NCBI GenBank assembly: GCA_028534125.1
Contig: CM052817.1
Coordinates: 1,860,001 to 1,924,000, forward strand
Reading direction: 5' to 3'
DNA length: 64,000 nt
From: Lama glama
Taxonomy: Eukaryota
The notes beneath the pieces are model-generated. The model saw only the letters and a program-made list of their open reading frames with translations, was not told the DNA's origin and ran no database searches. This document shows, in pieces, positions 30,213 to 42,309 of this stretch; positions within the stretch are counted from its first letter, which is position 1; each line of letters begins with the position of its first letter. The position numbers were made by a program, and so were the translations under genes.

Positions 30213-31315
30213 GTAGGCTGTGCGTCTGGGCCACGAGCCAGTCCCCGGCCTGCAGGACGTCGCCGGCGTACAGGGTTTGGGAAGTCTTGCTTCAGCTCTG
30301 CTCCTTGGGCAGAGAGGTCTGTGTGTTCTCCCTGCCAGCCCGCCTCGCCAGGGGCCGTGGTCACGCCTCTCTGCATGCTCTGTCCTGTCCCCTCAGCCTT
30401 GTGAAAGACTGCAGGGCGGTCACCGTGCCCTCACCACAGCGGCCACCACGGCAGTAGGTGTGGAGGTGGCCCGCCCTGGGTGCAGGCGATAAGGGCATGC
30501 ATTACCTGCAGAGAGTTTGAAAACCGATGAAACCCACTGAAAGTCAGTCAGTCTTTTGTGCCCTCCGTGTGCTGGCCGTCTCAAACACGGTCAGTAATGG
30601 AGCCCTTCTCCCAGCCGGGCCAGCCCGCTCCCACTGTGCTCCCCGGCTTACTCGTGGCATCAAGTCGTGTTTGTCCCCATAGCTGATGGGAAGTCCCCGA
30701 GGGCAACAGTCACGACTCGGGCCCTGTGTGTACTTGTTGTGTAGACAGTGTTGATCCACCTTTGCTGGATTCAGAGTTAGAGCCCTAAGAGTGTGTCCTG
30801 GGCGCAGTTCTGAGGACTGCTCCTTCCTGCCGTGTTCACCACTCCGGCCGCCCTGGGCTGGTCATTGTGGAGGTGTCGGCGGGTGTGTGCAGGTCAGTCT
30901 GGTGAGCCTGCATGGTGCCCTCTGCCTGGGGCTCTGCAGGGCGGCCCGTGGCTCCCTCTGATACATACCAGCAGGTGGCTAAGTGAACGGCACATGAAAT
31001 TTTTGCGGCAGGTGATCAGCTTGCTTTACGGTTTACAAAGCTTGAAAGAAACACCACACCCGCCTCGTTTTACCCTCCTGAAGGTCCTTCAAAGGTGGCG
31101 TGATGGCTGCTGTCTCAGAGGAGGAGAGCGATGCGCAGGGCAGAGCGACTCCGTCCGGAGGGAGGGAGTTCGACACTGCACTCGGCTCGTTTCACTTCAC
31201 TTGCATTGTCACTCTGTCTGCATCTGCTGTGTGTGTGTGGTTTTTATGAATGCGCCTCCCAGAAGTGCTCCGTAACAGCCACCTAATTCAGTGTCACCCT
31301 TCTCCCTTTCTTTGA

Positions 31316-31483
<168 letters not shown>

Positions 31484-33047
31484 TAGAGTGGCGCTGTGCC
31501 CTGCCCGGCGTCGCACACTCGGGGGTGGGGGGTGGGTAGGGGCCGTGCTACCAGCGAGCTCTGCACTGCTCGGTGTCCGCTTGAAAACCTTCTGCTGGTG
31601 GAAACAGCAAACCTGAGGGCTTCCTCTTATTTTAGAGATTGAGGAGGCCAACGTGCTTTTGTCACCTTTATATATGATTGTGGATTAAAAAAGACAGAAA
31701 TTCAAGAGAGAAGTTAAAAGATGCCAGCCATGCAGTGAGCACAGCAAGCAGCCAGCTTCCGAGTTAGGACAGGCAGTGTTTTCCAGGAGGAATGCGTGTG
31801 TTCCAGGGGAGTGTCCTCCTCTGGGTAAAGTAAGTGACAACCTGGAAGACTCTCGTCGCTGCGTACCGGCGTATCCTTCTTCTCGAAGCAAGCAAAGCAA
31901 ACAGCAAGGAAGTCATGGTCCAGATATGAAGCAAGTCAACATGTGGCATGATTTACAGTTGATCTCATGGGAACCTGTGGTTTTAAAAAGGTTCTCCTTT
32001 AGTTGGCTCTGGGGTCATGATGAAGGACCCACAGATGTCATCCTCCAGGCTCCTTGGCTTTGTTGAAAACTGTTCATATAGTCATAATGTAAATGCTGTT
32101 TGACTTTTCATTTTTAGGGTCAACATATGAATAAAACATTGAGAGTTTGTTTACTTAATTATGGTTTTAGGACATTGAAAATGATTCATTTCTTGCAAAG
32201 GTAAGAAGGAAACTAACCAGCCAAGTTAATTAGAGAAGTAGAAGGTGGACAGAGGTACGGAGGGATAGAAGGGGCTCTGGTGCTCCTGTCTCGCAGTGCT
32301 GAACAGAGCAGAACACAGAGACCAGGACGGCAACGGAGTGGAACAAAGGTGTAACCTACTGGTGGGAGGCGGCGCGAGTGAGCTCAGCAAGTCTCATCTC
32401 TGACGAGCTGGGGTCTGGAAACCCTGATGTGGTCGCCATGTTCAGAAGTTTTGCAGGGTTAAGACTCCATCCTTAACTAGAATGAAAAACGGAATTTACT
32501 GGTTTCAGCTCCGGGAGGTGCGGGCTGTTGCTCTGAGGTCTGCCTGCTCTGGTGGCTTAACTCTGTTGCCACATCGTGCACTTCCTCGTCTCAGCTCTGA
32601 GTACTGTGTTGCTTTGTTCACTGCTGGGCTCCTTCCCTGTGGCAGGAAGGGTGTCCTCTGGCTGCCTGCAGTCTCAGCCCCTGCGTAAGTCCTGTGAGTG
32701 ACGCGCGGGCCGCTGGGGGCTCTGGCTGGGCTGGCAGGTGAGAGGCTGGCCAGCATTCCTCTGAGAGAGAGGGTTGCTTTCCAGTAGTGAGGAAAGAGGA
32801 GCAGCCAGGATCACTGGCGGCCCGCTGCAAGTGGTAAACTCGTATCAAGGAGGGTTTGCCAGAACTGAAAACAGAGTGCTAGCACGTGGATGCCTTAAAA
32901 GGGAGGGGACAGGGCGCTTGTGAATCTGAAGCCTCTCTTTTAAAAATCACGTGTGTATATCACTGTAATACAAAGTAAAATGCGTGCGTGCGCGCACACA
33001 CCCACACACACCCCCACCGAGAGCAAAAGATACCATCGTCAGCCTGT

Positions 33048-33300
33048 GTTATTCAGCAAATACGTACTGAGTCGGCCGCTGCCGTGCAGGGCTCAGGGTG
33101 CACGGTAGCCAGTAAAGCTGACGTGATCTTGCCTCTGTGGGCTCAGCCTGGCGGGGCAGACAGTGCACAGATGTCATCGTAAGTCTCCTGGGAAGGGAAT
33201 GAAAGCATGGTGACAGACGCCCAAGGGTGGGCAAGTGGGGCCGGTTCTCCAAGGGCGGCTGTTGAACTAAGCCCTGGAGGGCGGGGAGGAGCTAGCCTTT
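33048..33300 (-). mobile_element. L2 LINE 3' fragment
   Basis: ttattcagcaaatacgtactgag...gatcttgcctctgtgggctcagcctggcggggcagaca is the antisense L2 terminus. Confidence 0.55.
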
Positions 33301-35519
33301 CGGACGCACTTTTGTGCTGAGTGGCGAGGGGTCGGAGACAACCCCAAGACGGGCAGCAGGGACCTGGTCTCCTGTGGCTGGGAGTCATGGAGGAAGACAC
33401 GACTTTGTGGCTCTTCGAGTAAGTGCTGTTGCCCTTGGCACAGGAGCGCGACCAGAGTTTAATTTTGCTAACGGGTTGTAGCTGCAAGCCACCTGTGTGC
33501 TTAACATAGAAAGGATTTTCTTTTTGAGGACCTTCTGCTTTATGCTCCACTGACCCACCATAGTAAGTTCAAGGTTCAGAAGATGATTGAGCCACGTGTG
33601 TGGTGGGTCGTTAGTCTGTTGGGCATCTCAGCGCTCGGCTGTGGGTTGGTTTGGGTCTGACGCCAGAGGGACGCCAGGTCATCTCTAAGGATGGCGTCCA
33701 CCTTCCTCAGGGAGGAGCGGTGCGATCTGTGGCCTCGGGGGTGTCCAGCGGGTTTCTGTGCCATTCGAGGAGCTCCCTCACCTGTTGCTCTGACTTCCCC
33801 TTCCTTCTCTCGGAAGTCGGGGGTGGGGGGTTGCGGTTTGTCGTGGCGCTGTCCAGCCGAGCGCCCTGCGCGTGGCGCTGCTCTGTGTCTGCGCTAGTTC
33901 GGGGGCGTCTTGGCCACATGGCTTTGGGCACTGGAACTGTGGCTGGTGTGACCGAGCAGCTTCTGTTTGGTCCACTTCTAGTTAAATGAGGCAGCATGCG
34001 TGGACTGGCTGGCTGGGAGCCACGCTCTGCTGAGGAGCCCGGGCGGCGTGGCGGGCACCGGCGCTTGCTGTTTGTGTCTTGGGACATTGTTCTGTTGGAC
34101 GCAAGTTTGTAAGTGAGGGGGTGGAGTGGGTTGACACCTGTCTGCGCTTCCTCATTTATTTTGATGGCATTTCTTTTGAAAACATTAGGGGCAGAATTCC
34201 TGTGTTGGTTGGTTTTGAGGTAAAATGGAAGTAAATTGTCTTAGCCTTTTACGTGAATAGGACGCCTTCAGCGTCTACGGTCAATTGCTCCTGTTCTGTG
34301 CGTTGCTTAAGCAGTAACCGTGAACCTCACCCTCCACTAAAAATTGAGACCTTTGAATTTGCCCATTTCAAGTATCGTTTCTTAACAGGAACTAGTCTGA
34401 CTAATGGCCTTGACCTCTAAGTTTCTGTTACTCATCTTGTTGGGGGAGGGGTATGAATCCCAAAGTCATTTGCCAGTTTCACATTCAATCCAGCATAAAC
34501 ACAATAGCCAGGAACCTGGCCTCCATTTTATAAACTTGGTAACGGGCGCCCCATCCTCCCCCGAGACAGGCCAGGCAGAAGCAGGAGGAGAGCCCGGGGC
34601 TTGGGGCTCACGGAGTCCGTAGCTTGGTTGTGGGCAGGGCTGGGGCGATGCCCTGACTGCCCAGCACATGTCCAGTCCCCATCGGTGCTCCCCACCCCCG
34701 CCTCCAGATGCCCCCCATCCCCAGGCCCTGCGGGCGGCGCACCATTCCCGAGCTTCCCTAGCAGAGCGGGCAGGACGCCGCTCACTTCCTTCCTCATGGG
34801 ACCCTCATCAGGGCCGGTGCGCCCGCCCTGTGCGGGCCAAGTGGGAGCATCAGAGACAGAGAACGGGTCCTTCCTCCGGCGGTGAGATGGACGCCAGTGC
34901 ACAGTTGGGCGGGGTCAAGGCTGCTCACGGTGCTCTCCGGGCGCGCAGCACCTGGCATCATTTTACCCCGTTGGTCCTCATGGCGGCTCTGTGAAGTGCT
35001 TCCCTGTCTCACTGATGAGAGAACGGAAGCTCGGGGAGGGCGTGTGCTGAGACCAAAAGCGAAGGCCCAGGGTTTCTCCTGCTCATCGGACGTGCGCCTC
35101 TTGGGTGAATGGTGGTGAGTGCGGCAGTGGATGTGCACCTCGCCCATGTGCCGTGATGCCATCCGTGTCCTGGCTGAAGTGATGGAGACACGGAGGGGTC
35201 GTGTGCTCGGAGGCGGGGCCCCGGGCCTTTCCTGGGCCTCGCGTGTCCCACACCACCTCTGATGCCGCGGCCTCCACAGGAGTGCACCCAGGCTGCGTGG
35301 GGAGAAGACGGAGCCGAGCGGGAGTAGCGTCTGCCCAGGGCTGCCCCGACAGCCGCCCTGGGGCGTCCGCTCCTCGGCCAGTCCCCTAGTGCCCCTTCCT
35401 CCACGCCACCAGGCGTGTGTGTCTCTTTCCCTCCTTGCTGAGAGCTGCCCTGATAACCCCACCTGCGAGGGAGACTCAGCCCTTTCTTTGCTCTGCTGCT
35501 TCCTTCAGGGTCCTCCTCC

Positions 35520-36790
35520 TCTTGTTACTGCGCAGCTTTCCAGCGCGCGGTTTTCAGGGCTCACTGCTGTCGCCCCGCGCCCGGCTCTCCTTCCTTCTGT
35601 GCGTCTGCAGCAGTTGGCCAGCTGCGCGCCTTCCTGAGTCTTCGGCTTCCAGTCCTTCACCCGCCCCTGCGCCCACAGCCGCCCGCCTCTGGCAGCTGTC
35701 AGTCTGATCGCTGTATCTGTGAGTCTGGATTTCTCACATCCACGTGCATGTGAGGTCTCAGAGTCGTTCTTCTCTGTCTGACTTCACGTAGCACGACGCC
35801 CTCAAGCCCTGTCTGTGTTGCTGCAAACGGCAGGATCTCCTTCTTTTTCTTAATAGCTGAGTAGTATTCCATTGTGTGTGTGTGTGTGTGAGAGAGCGAG
35901 AGAGAGAGCGAGAGAGCCGTCTTCCGTACCCACAGCCTCAGGGGGCGCTTGGCTCGTCTCGCCGTCTTGGCTTCTGTGAGAAACGCTGCAGGAACCCAGG
36001 GTGCAGGTGTGTTCGAGTGAGTGCTTTTGTTTCCTTCAGGTAAACACCCGGAAGTGGGGTTGCTGGAGCAAACGGAAGTTCTGTTCTTAATTTTTAAAGT
36101 AACCTCCGTGCTCTTTTGCACAGTGGCTGCACCAGTTCGCACCCCCACCAGCAGGGCGCGAGGGCTCCCCTTTCTCCATGTCCTCCCAGTGCTGGTTCTT
36201 CCTCGCCTTTTTGAGGGCGGCCGTCCTAAGCGGCGCGCCGCGCCGTCTCGTTTCGGTTTTGACCTGCGTTCCTCTGGCAGTTAGGGGTGCTGAGCACCTT
36301 TTCATGGGCCTGTTGGCATTTGAATGCCTTCTTTGGAAAAATGTCCGTTCAGGTCCTTTGCCCTCTTTTTAATTGGATTATTTGGGTTTTTCTGTTATTG
36401 ATTTATGTGTTTGTTACATATTTTGGAAGTTAACTCCTTATCAGACGCATGGTTTGCAAATGCTTGCTCCCATTTTGTAGGTTGCCTTTTCATTTTGTGG
36501 ATGGTTTCCATCACTTTGCTTTTTAGTTTGATGTCCCACTTGTTTATTTGCATTTTTGGTGCCTTTGCTTTTGATGTCAGATCCAAAAAAACCATCGCTA
36601 AGACCAGTGTCAGACTTTTCCCCTGCGCTTTCTTCTAGGAGGTGTATGGTTCAGGCCTGCAGCTTGCGTTAATTTCTGTGAGTCGCGTGAGACGGGTCCA
36701 AGTTTCGTTCTTTGCCTGTGCAGATCGGGGTCTCCCAGCACAGGTCACTGAGGAGACCGGCTTTCATCCATCGCGTGCTCAGCGCTGGGG
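35520..36790 (-). mobile_element. L1 (L1MA-type) 3' UTR plus ORF2 C-terminus
   Basis: Minus-strand ORFs give L1 ORF2p motifs (TMEYYSAIKK..ILPFAAT; FLDLTSKA..KINKWD-like IKLKS..KRQPTKWE..FANHASDKEL). Confidence 0.9.
35873..35916. repeat. Compound (TG)n(AG)n microsatellite inside the L1
   Basis: tgtgtgtgtgtgtgtgtg followed by agagagcgagagagagagcgagagag. Confidence 0.9.
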
Positions 36791-38116
36791 TTCTGTCCTT
36801 GCTCCCCGTCTCCCTCCTGGGCCCTTCTGCCTAGTAGAAACGTCGCTTTCGTGACCTGCCTCGGTCGTCGCTGAGAGATGACGGTCACGTCACTGCACTG
36901 TCCTGGCGGCCTTAGTCTCTTGTGTCCTTCCACCTCTGGACACGTGGCTCGGTGTCCTGCTGGCACCTTGCGCACACTGAAGTCAGGCCCGTCGCCGGCG
37001 TGGCTCCTCTCCAGCTGCTTCCTCTTGTTGACGTGACTTGATTGGCGTCCTTCGTGAGAGACGTTCAGACACCCCTGCCCCCGCCACCTGCGGGCCCCTG
37101 ACTCTCTGCCTGTCCGCCAGCCCCCCACCCCACCCCTCCCCCTGCTTTCCTCACATCCTTCCAGCAGCAGCCTGCTTGCTGGCCATGTGCTTCATCCAGC
37201 ACTGTGCCGAGTCCTGGGCTCGGGTTTTATGATTTGAGCCTTGTTGCAGCCCTGTGAGCAGCTGCTGCTCTTAATTCCATCCCACACGTGAGGGGCCAGG
37301 CCCCAGGCCGCGCACGGCCAGGGTCACCAAGTAGGAACGGTAGAGCCACAGTCTGAGTCGAGGGCTGCCTGTCGCTCAGCCGTCTGGGTCACAGCTCTGA
37401 CCGTGGTTTCCTGCTGCCTGCTCAGTGGGTCCCACGCCCTGAGCCTGTCATTCCGTGCCCCCCTGCCTGGCTCCAGGGCTTCTCCGGGCCAGCGCTCGCC
37501 TCTTCCCTGGCATCCTTGACCCGACGGGGAGCCCGGGGAATAATGGAGGCACAGAGAAGGACCAGGCCAGGGCTGGAGGCCTAACCTCACCGTGGCCCAG
37601 AGAAGAATTGTGCGCTGGGAAGCTTCTTGTCGGGGTTTTGTTGTTTGTAATGTCGAACTTCTGTCCGCTCCCCTCCCGTGCCTCAGGGCATCAGCGTAAC
37701 CAGTCGCGAAGCAGTGAGGAGGGGCCTGTGGCCCACTTGCTCTGCCAGCTTTAGGGCTCTTCTGTGTTCGGAATGTGCTGAAATTTAAATCAGAGACAAC
37801 ATTTTGACTCTCTCCACTGATGCCAGGAGCCCTGAGATGAGGGGCGGGGCGCCAGCCAGCTCCCATCCACGCCGAGCCCTCCGCCTTCCCCCCTGTGCTT
37901 TGCGGCATGTGCGTGTCCCCGTGTCCTGGGGTGAAGGCCAGCCGGTGGCAGCGTGAAGGGAGAGGCACTTTGAGCTGGGGGTGGAGGCTGCGGAGGGGAC
38001 AGAGTGAAGTGGTGAATTCGGGAGGTCTCTCCAGGCCCTGTGGCAGGAGGGCGCTGCGGAGAGGGGGCGGCAAAGACACTTCCCTGTGGTCAGTTTTACC
38101 TTTGGTTTGTTTCCAG

Positions 38117-38321
38117 GGATGTTCCGGAGAATCACGGCAGCTGCCTCTAGACTCTTCACCGAGGGCACCGACGGCAGTTTCTACAGCCTGGAGCGCTTGA
38201 ACGCCTGGGTGCGCTCCATGGTCCCCACCCACCCGGCCCTCGTGCTGCTCTGGTGCCAGATCCTGCTGCTGGTCAGCCACACTGACTACCGCTGGTGGGC
38301 GGAGGTGCAGCAGACCCCCAA
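38117..38321 (+). CDS. HTT: Huntingtin exon 41 (205 nt)
   Basis: tccag|GGATGT...CCCAA|gtacgt; [69 protein letters not shown]. Confidence 0.96.
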
Positions 38322-39063
38322 GTACGTGCCGACTCCTGCGCGAGACCGAGCAGCTTGAGGTTTGGCCCCGTTCTCCTGAGGCTCTGTAACGGTTCTGCTA
38401 CATTTACTCTTTCTCTGGTGGAGGCCGCTGTGAGGAAGTGTGGTCCCACTGCAGGCAGGCGAAGCTGCCACTGCTTCTCACGCGCGATTCCTTTGACAAG
38501 TGCCCTGATGCCGTTTCGTGTTACGGGCATGCTTGACGCGTTGGGTCCCTCCTGCTGGGTTCTCATCCTTAAACTGGCTCCAGAGCAAGACACGTTGCAA
38601 TATCTTAACTTCTTTAGAGGTTCCATGTGGTTCCGGTTATTCTCAATGAAGTGATTATTTAGCAGCATTTCAGAACTACTTGGAAATACCTTCCTTTTTG
38701 GCATTCAAAGACTTACTCACTATCTGATTGTGGGTGGCCCTCTTGGCAAAAATGTTTTCAGCTTTAAGTTAATTTCTAGGCACTCTCTCTCAGAAACGTG
38801 TACATACGTGGAGGTGAAAGTTTTGGTGCCCCACCCTTGCAAGCCGAGTCCTCGGTGCAAGGTTTCTGGAAGGCTCAAGAGCCCATGGTGAGGAGAGGAA
38901 GGTCTGGAAATAATAGAGGGCGAGGACTGCGGGGTCGGAGTCAGCCCCTCTCTGCTCCGTGTGGAGCCTCAGCTATGCAAGTGAGGCTGCGGGGCCCCGT
39001 TTTGGCCAGTCCATCGCTTCGGGTGGAAAAGCCGCCGTGAGCAGGCATTGCTACACAGCTGCC

Positions 39064-39147
39064 CTATGCGGTGTGCTCTGCAGGGTGCCATGTGGTGTGC
39101 TCCATGGGGTGCCGTGCGGGATGCTCTGCGGGGTACTGTGTGGGGTG
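39064..39147. repeat. Degenerate 12-bp minisatellite, 7 copies
   Basis: ctatgcggtgtg/ctctgcagggtg/ccatgtggtgtg/ctccatggggtg/ccgtgcgggatg/ctctgcggggta/ctgtgtggggtg. Confidence 0.85.
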
Positions 39148-40169
39148 GCCAGGAAAGTAAGAGCCGTTTCCTGCCCTCCAAGTGTCTGCCGTTTAGTTGG
39201 GAGGACAGACCAGTGAGAACATTTGAAATTCTGTCATGACGCCGCCCTGTGCGAGTCAGAAGCAAAACCAGTGTCTTCCACTTCCGTGTTTCCACTGTGC
39301 ATGTAGACCAGCTGGGAGCTCGTGACATCAGATTCTGAGTCAACAAATGGCTGAGGGCCCGGGGCTCTGCGTTTCTGCCAGGCTCCCGGGTGGTGCTGAC
39401 CCCCAGGTCCGTGGAGCCTGCTCTGAGTGCTGAGGATCCTCCCAAGGACCAAGCCTGTGCCCCAGCCCACTGTCAGACCTGGTGGCTGGACACTTTAGGA
39501 ACTGGGGTCCTGGGCTCCTGTGTTTTTCCAGGCTCCCTGGGGGACCCCCATGGGCGGCCGGGGCCGAGTCGCACCGGGTGAACCGTGGCGAGGCGGGGCT
39601 TCGGTCAGCTGTCCGCGCTGGCGGGTGCCGGGTAGGTAGATGTTGAGGCGGCACCCGCCACCCCCGCGCACCCTCAGTGCTTCTCGACTCCTCCTCCTCT
39701 GCCTTTTGATACCTGGTGGGTGGTGAGGGCGGAGGCCGACCTGGAGTGAGGTCGAGAGGGAGTGGGAGGGCTGACCCTGGCCTGGGGGAGGGAGGGCCTT
39801 CCGTAGAGATGCAGCTGGGCTCTCCAGCAGGCTCAGCCAGCGCCGTGGAAGGTGGAGAGTGGTTTGCTTAGACGAAAAGAAGCAAGTGTGCGTGGCAGGC
39901 CCGAGCAGTTTTATGATCCGTGGTTACATCTGGATCCAGGGGACGAATCAACTGGACGGTCACTGTTAAGACAACCGGGTGTGCTGAATGTGAGTCTGCG
40001 CAGCCTGCTGCCCTTGATTATGAGTAGTTCTTGGGGGTCACGTGTTGAGGTTCACTCTCACGTGGTGCAGCCCCCAGATCATGTGTGTGTGGTGTGCGTG
40101 CGCACGTGTGTGCGTGTGTGTGGCGGGGGAGTGCGAGCCTGAGCACAAGGGTGGCAGCGTGCTAGTAGC

Positions 40170-40263
40170 TGAATCTGGGTGAAGACTGTGTGACTGTTCC
40201 TTGAATTACTCTTTCAGCTTTTCTTTTGGTTTGAAAGTTTTCAAAATAAAAGTTAAGGAAAAA
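40170..40263 (+). mobile_element. L1MC/ME extreme 3' tail
   Basis: gaatctgggtgaag...ctctttcagcttttcttttggtttgaaagttttcaaaataaaagttaaggaaaaa. Confidence 0.55.
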
Positions 40264-40527
40264 CCATGGACGAGGGAGATTTAGAGAGCAGCTCTAGACA
40301 ATTCTTCAGACGAGTTTTGCTCTAGAGGAAAATAGGACCTGGGAATGGGGACATGACAGTTTTAGGTGAGAGAACAGGTGGCCTGGCTGAGCCCTTACAG
40401 GAGGTGGTTCCCCCAGAGCTGGCAAGGGCAGACGGGTTCTGAGGTGCAGTCGTGGGCTTCGTTGTGTTGATTTACTTCCTGCTAGCTTTTTAGAGTTGAA
40501 CTTACGGTTTCTTGAGCTTGTGGGTTC

Positions 40528-40762
40528 TCAGCTCAATCATCACTTCCTCTGGGAAGCCTTCCTGATTGCTCTCTGGTTGGTGAAGTCTCATTGCCTGCTC
40601 TCACGCCTGCCTTGGCCTCTCCTCCATGGCATGTGTTGAGGCTGTAATTTGTCATTTGTTTGTGTGTGATAATCTGATTAATATCTGGCTTTCCCTCTAC
40701 ACCATAAGCCCAGCAGGGCTCTCACTGTATTCCCAGCACTCACATGAGTTAGGGACTTAATT
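40528..40762 (+). mobile_element. L2 LINE 3' end
   Basis: tcagctcaatcatcacttcctctgggaagccttcctga...tctggctttccctctacaccataagccc...cactgtattcccagcac. Confidence 0.65.
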
Positions 40763-40789
40763 GCCCTGACAGTAGGAACAGCAATGACG

Positions 40790-40970
40790 TATCAGTGAAT
40801 ATGTATCATGTGCTGTCACATGTAGCACGCTAGCACTTCCATGGCACTAAGTGCCAGATGTCCTGAGGGCTTTCCATCGCAGTAACTCGCTAAGGCCTGC
40901 AGCCCTGCACGTGTGTTACAGACGAGGAAGCCTCTTTTCCTGGAGAAGCAGCTTGCCCAGTGTCATAGGT
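40790..40970 (-). mobile_element. MIR SINE fragment
   Basis: ttacagacgaggaagc...gaagcagcttgcccagtgtcata is the antisense MIR core. Confidence 0.55.
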
Positions 40971-41118
40971 GAACATGCAGGCATGCGTGCGAGAGCCCCC
41001 GGGTTGATTATGTCCACCTGTTAGAGCGCACACTGTCGTGTGAGTGTGTTTCTAGGCTCTGTGTTCTGTTCCGGCGATGATACATGTGTCTGTTTTTGTG
41101 TCAACACCACACAATTTT

Positions 41119-41567
41119 TTTGTGTTTGTTTTTAAGATTTTTTTATTGAAGCAGTGTTGTGTCAGTTTCTGGTGTACAGCGTGATGTTTCAATCATACAT
41201 ATACACACATATATTCGTTTCACATTCTTTTTCATTGAAGGGCATTACAAGATACTGGGCACAGCTCCCTGTGCTGTGCAGTAGGACCTTGGTGTTATCT
41301 ATTTTATTTACACGCAGTAGTCAGTGTCTGCAGATCTCGAACTTCCAATATCCCTTCCCACCCCTTTCCCCCCTGGTAACCATATGTTTGTTTTCTATGT
41401 CTGCGAGTCTGTTTCTGTTTTGTAAATAAGTGCACTTGTCCCTTTCCCCCCCTTAGATTCCACATACAAGTGGTATCATGTGGTATCTCTCTGGCTGACT
41501 TCACTTAGAATGACGATCTCCAGGTCCATCTGTGTTGCTGCAAATGGCATCATTTTATTCTTTGTAA
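41119..41567 (-). mobile_element. Younger 5'-truncated artiodactyl/camelid L1 3' end nested in the older L1, with target-site duplication
   Basis: T-rich tail, then ttattgaagcag...gtttctggtgtacagc...ctccctgtgctgtgcagtagg...ttagattccacatacaagtg; flanked by aacaccacacaatttt (41103-41118) and aacaccatgcagtttt (41568-41583). Confidence 0.85.
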
Positions 41568-42149
41568 AACACCATGCAGTTTTGATTGCTGTAGCTTTGT
41601 AGTATAGTTTGAAGTCAGGGCATGTGACACCTCCAGTCGTCTTTCTCTAGATTGCTTTGGTTATTTGGGATCTTTTGTGGTTGCATGTGAATTTTAGAAG
41701 TTTTTGTTCAAGTTCTGTGAAAAATGCCGCTGGCTTTTGGATAGGGATGGCACTGAATTTGTGGATTGCCTTGGGTAATGTGGGCATTTTAACAGTGTTG
41801 ATTCTTCTGGCCCACGAGCGTGGGGTGTCTCTCCTTCCACGTCTGTCGTCTTCACCTTCTGTCGTTCAGTGTCTTGGAGTTCTCAGCGTGTCGGTATTTG
41901 ACCTCTGTGGTTAAATTACTCCTGAGTATTTTATTCTTTCTGACTGGGATTGTTTTCTTTATCTCTCTTTCTGATGGTTTGTTATTAGCGTATAGAAATG
42001 CCGCAGGCTTCTGTGTGTCCTGTGTGTCCTTGCTGAATTCATTTATTAGAACTGACAGTTTTTTGGTGGCTTCTTGAGGGTTTTCTTTGTATACCAAGTG
42101 TCATGCCATCTGCAATTAGTGAAAGTTACACTTCTTTCTGATTTGATGA

Positions 42150-42309
42150 NNNNNNNNNNNNNNNNNNNNNNNNNNNNNNNNNNNNNNNNNNNNNNNNNNN
42201 NNNNNNNNNNNNNNNNNNNNNNNNNNNNNNNNNNNNNNNNNNNNNNNNNNNNNNNNNNNNNNNNNNNNNNNNNNNNNNNNNNNNNNNNNNNNNNNNNNNN
42301 NNNNNNNNN
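42150..42309. other. Assembly gap (160 N)
   Basis: Run of n. Confidence 1.

Noticed and set aside
37324-38280. 318-aa antisense ORF overlapping exon 41
   Set aside because: No recognisable domain and a Pro/Arg/Gly/Ala-rich composition typical of GC-rich non-coding DNA; partly the antisense shadow of exon 41. It would need transcript or ribosome evidence.
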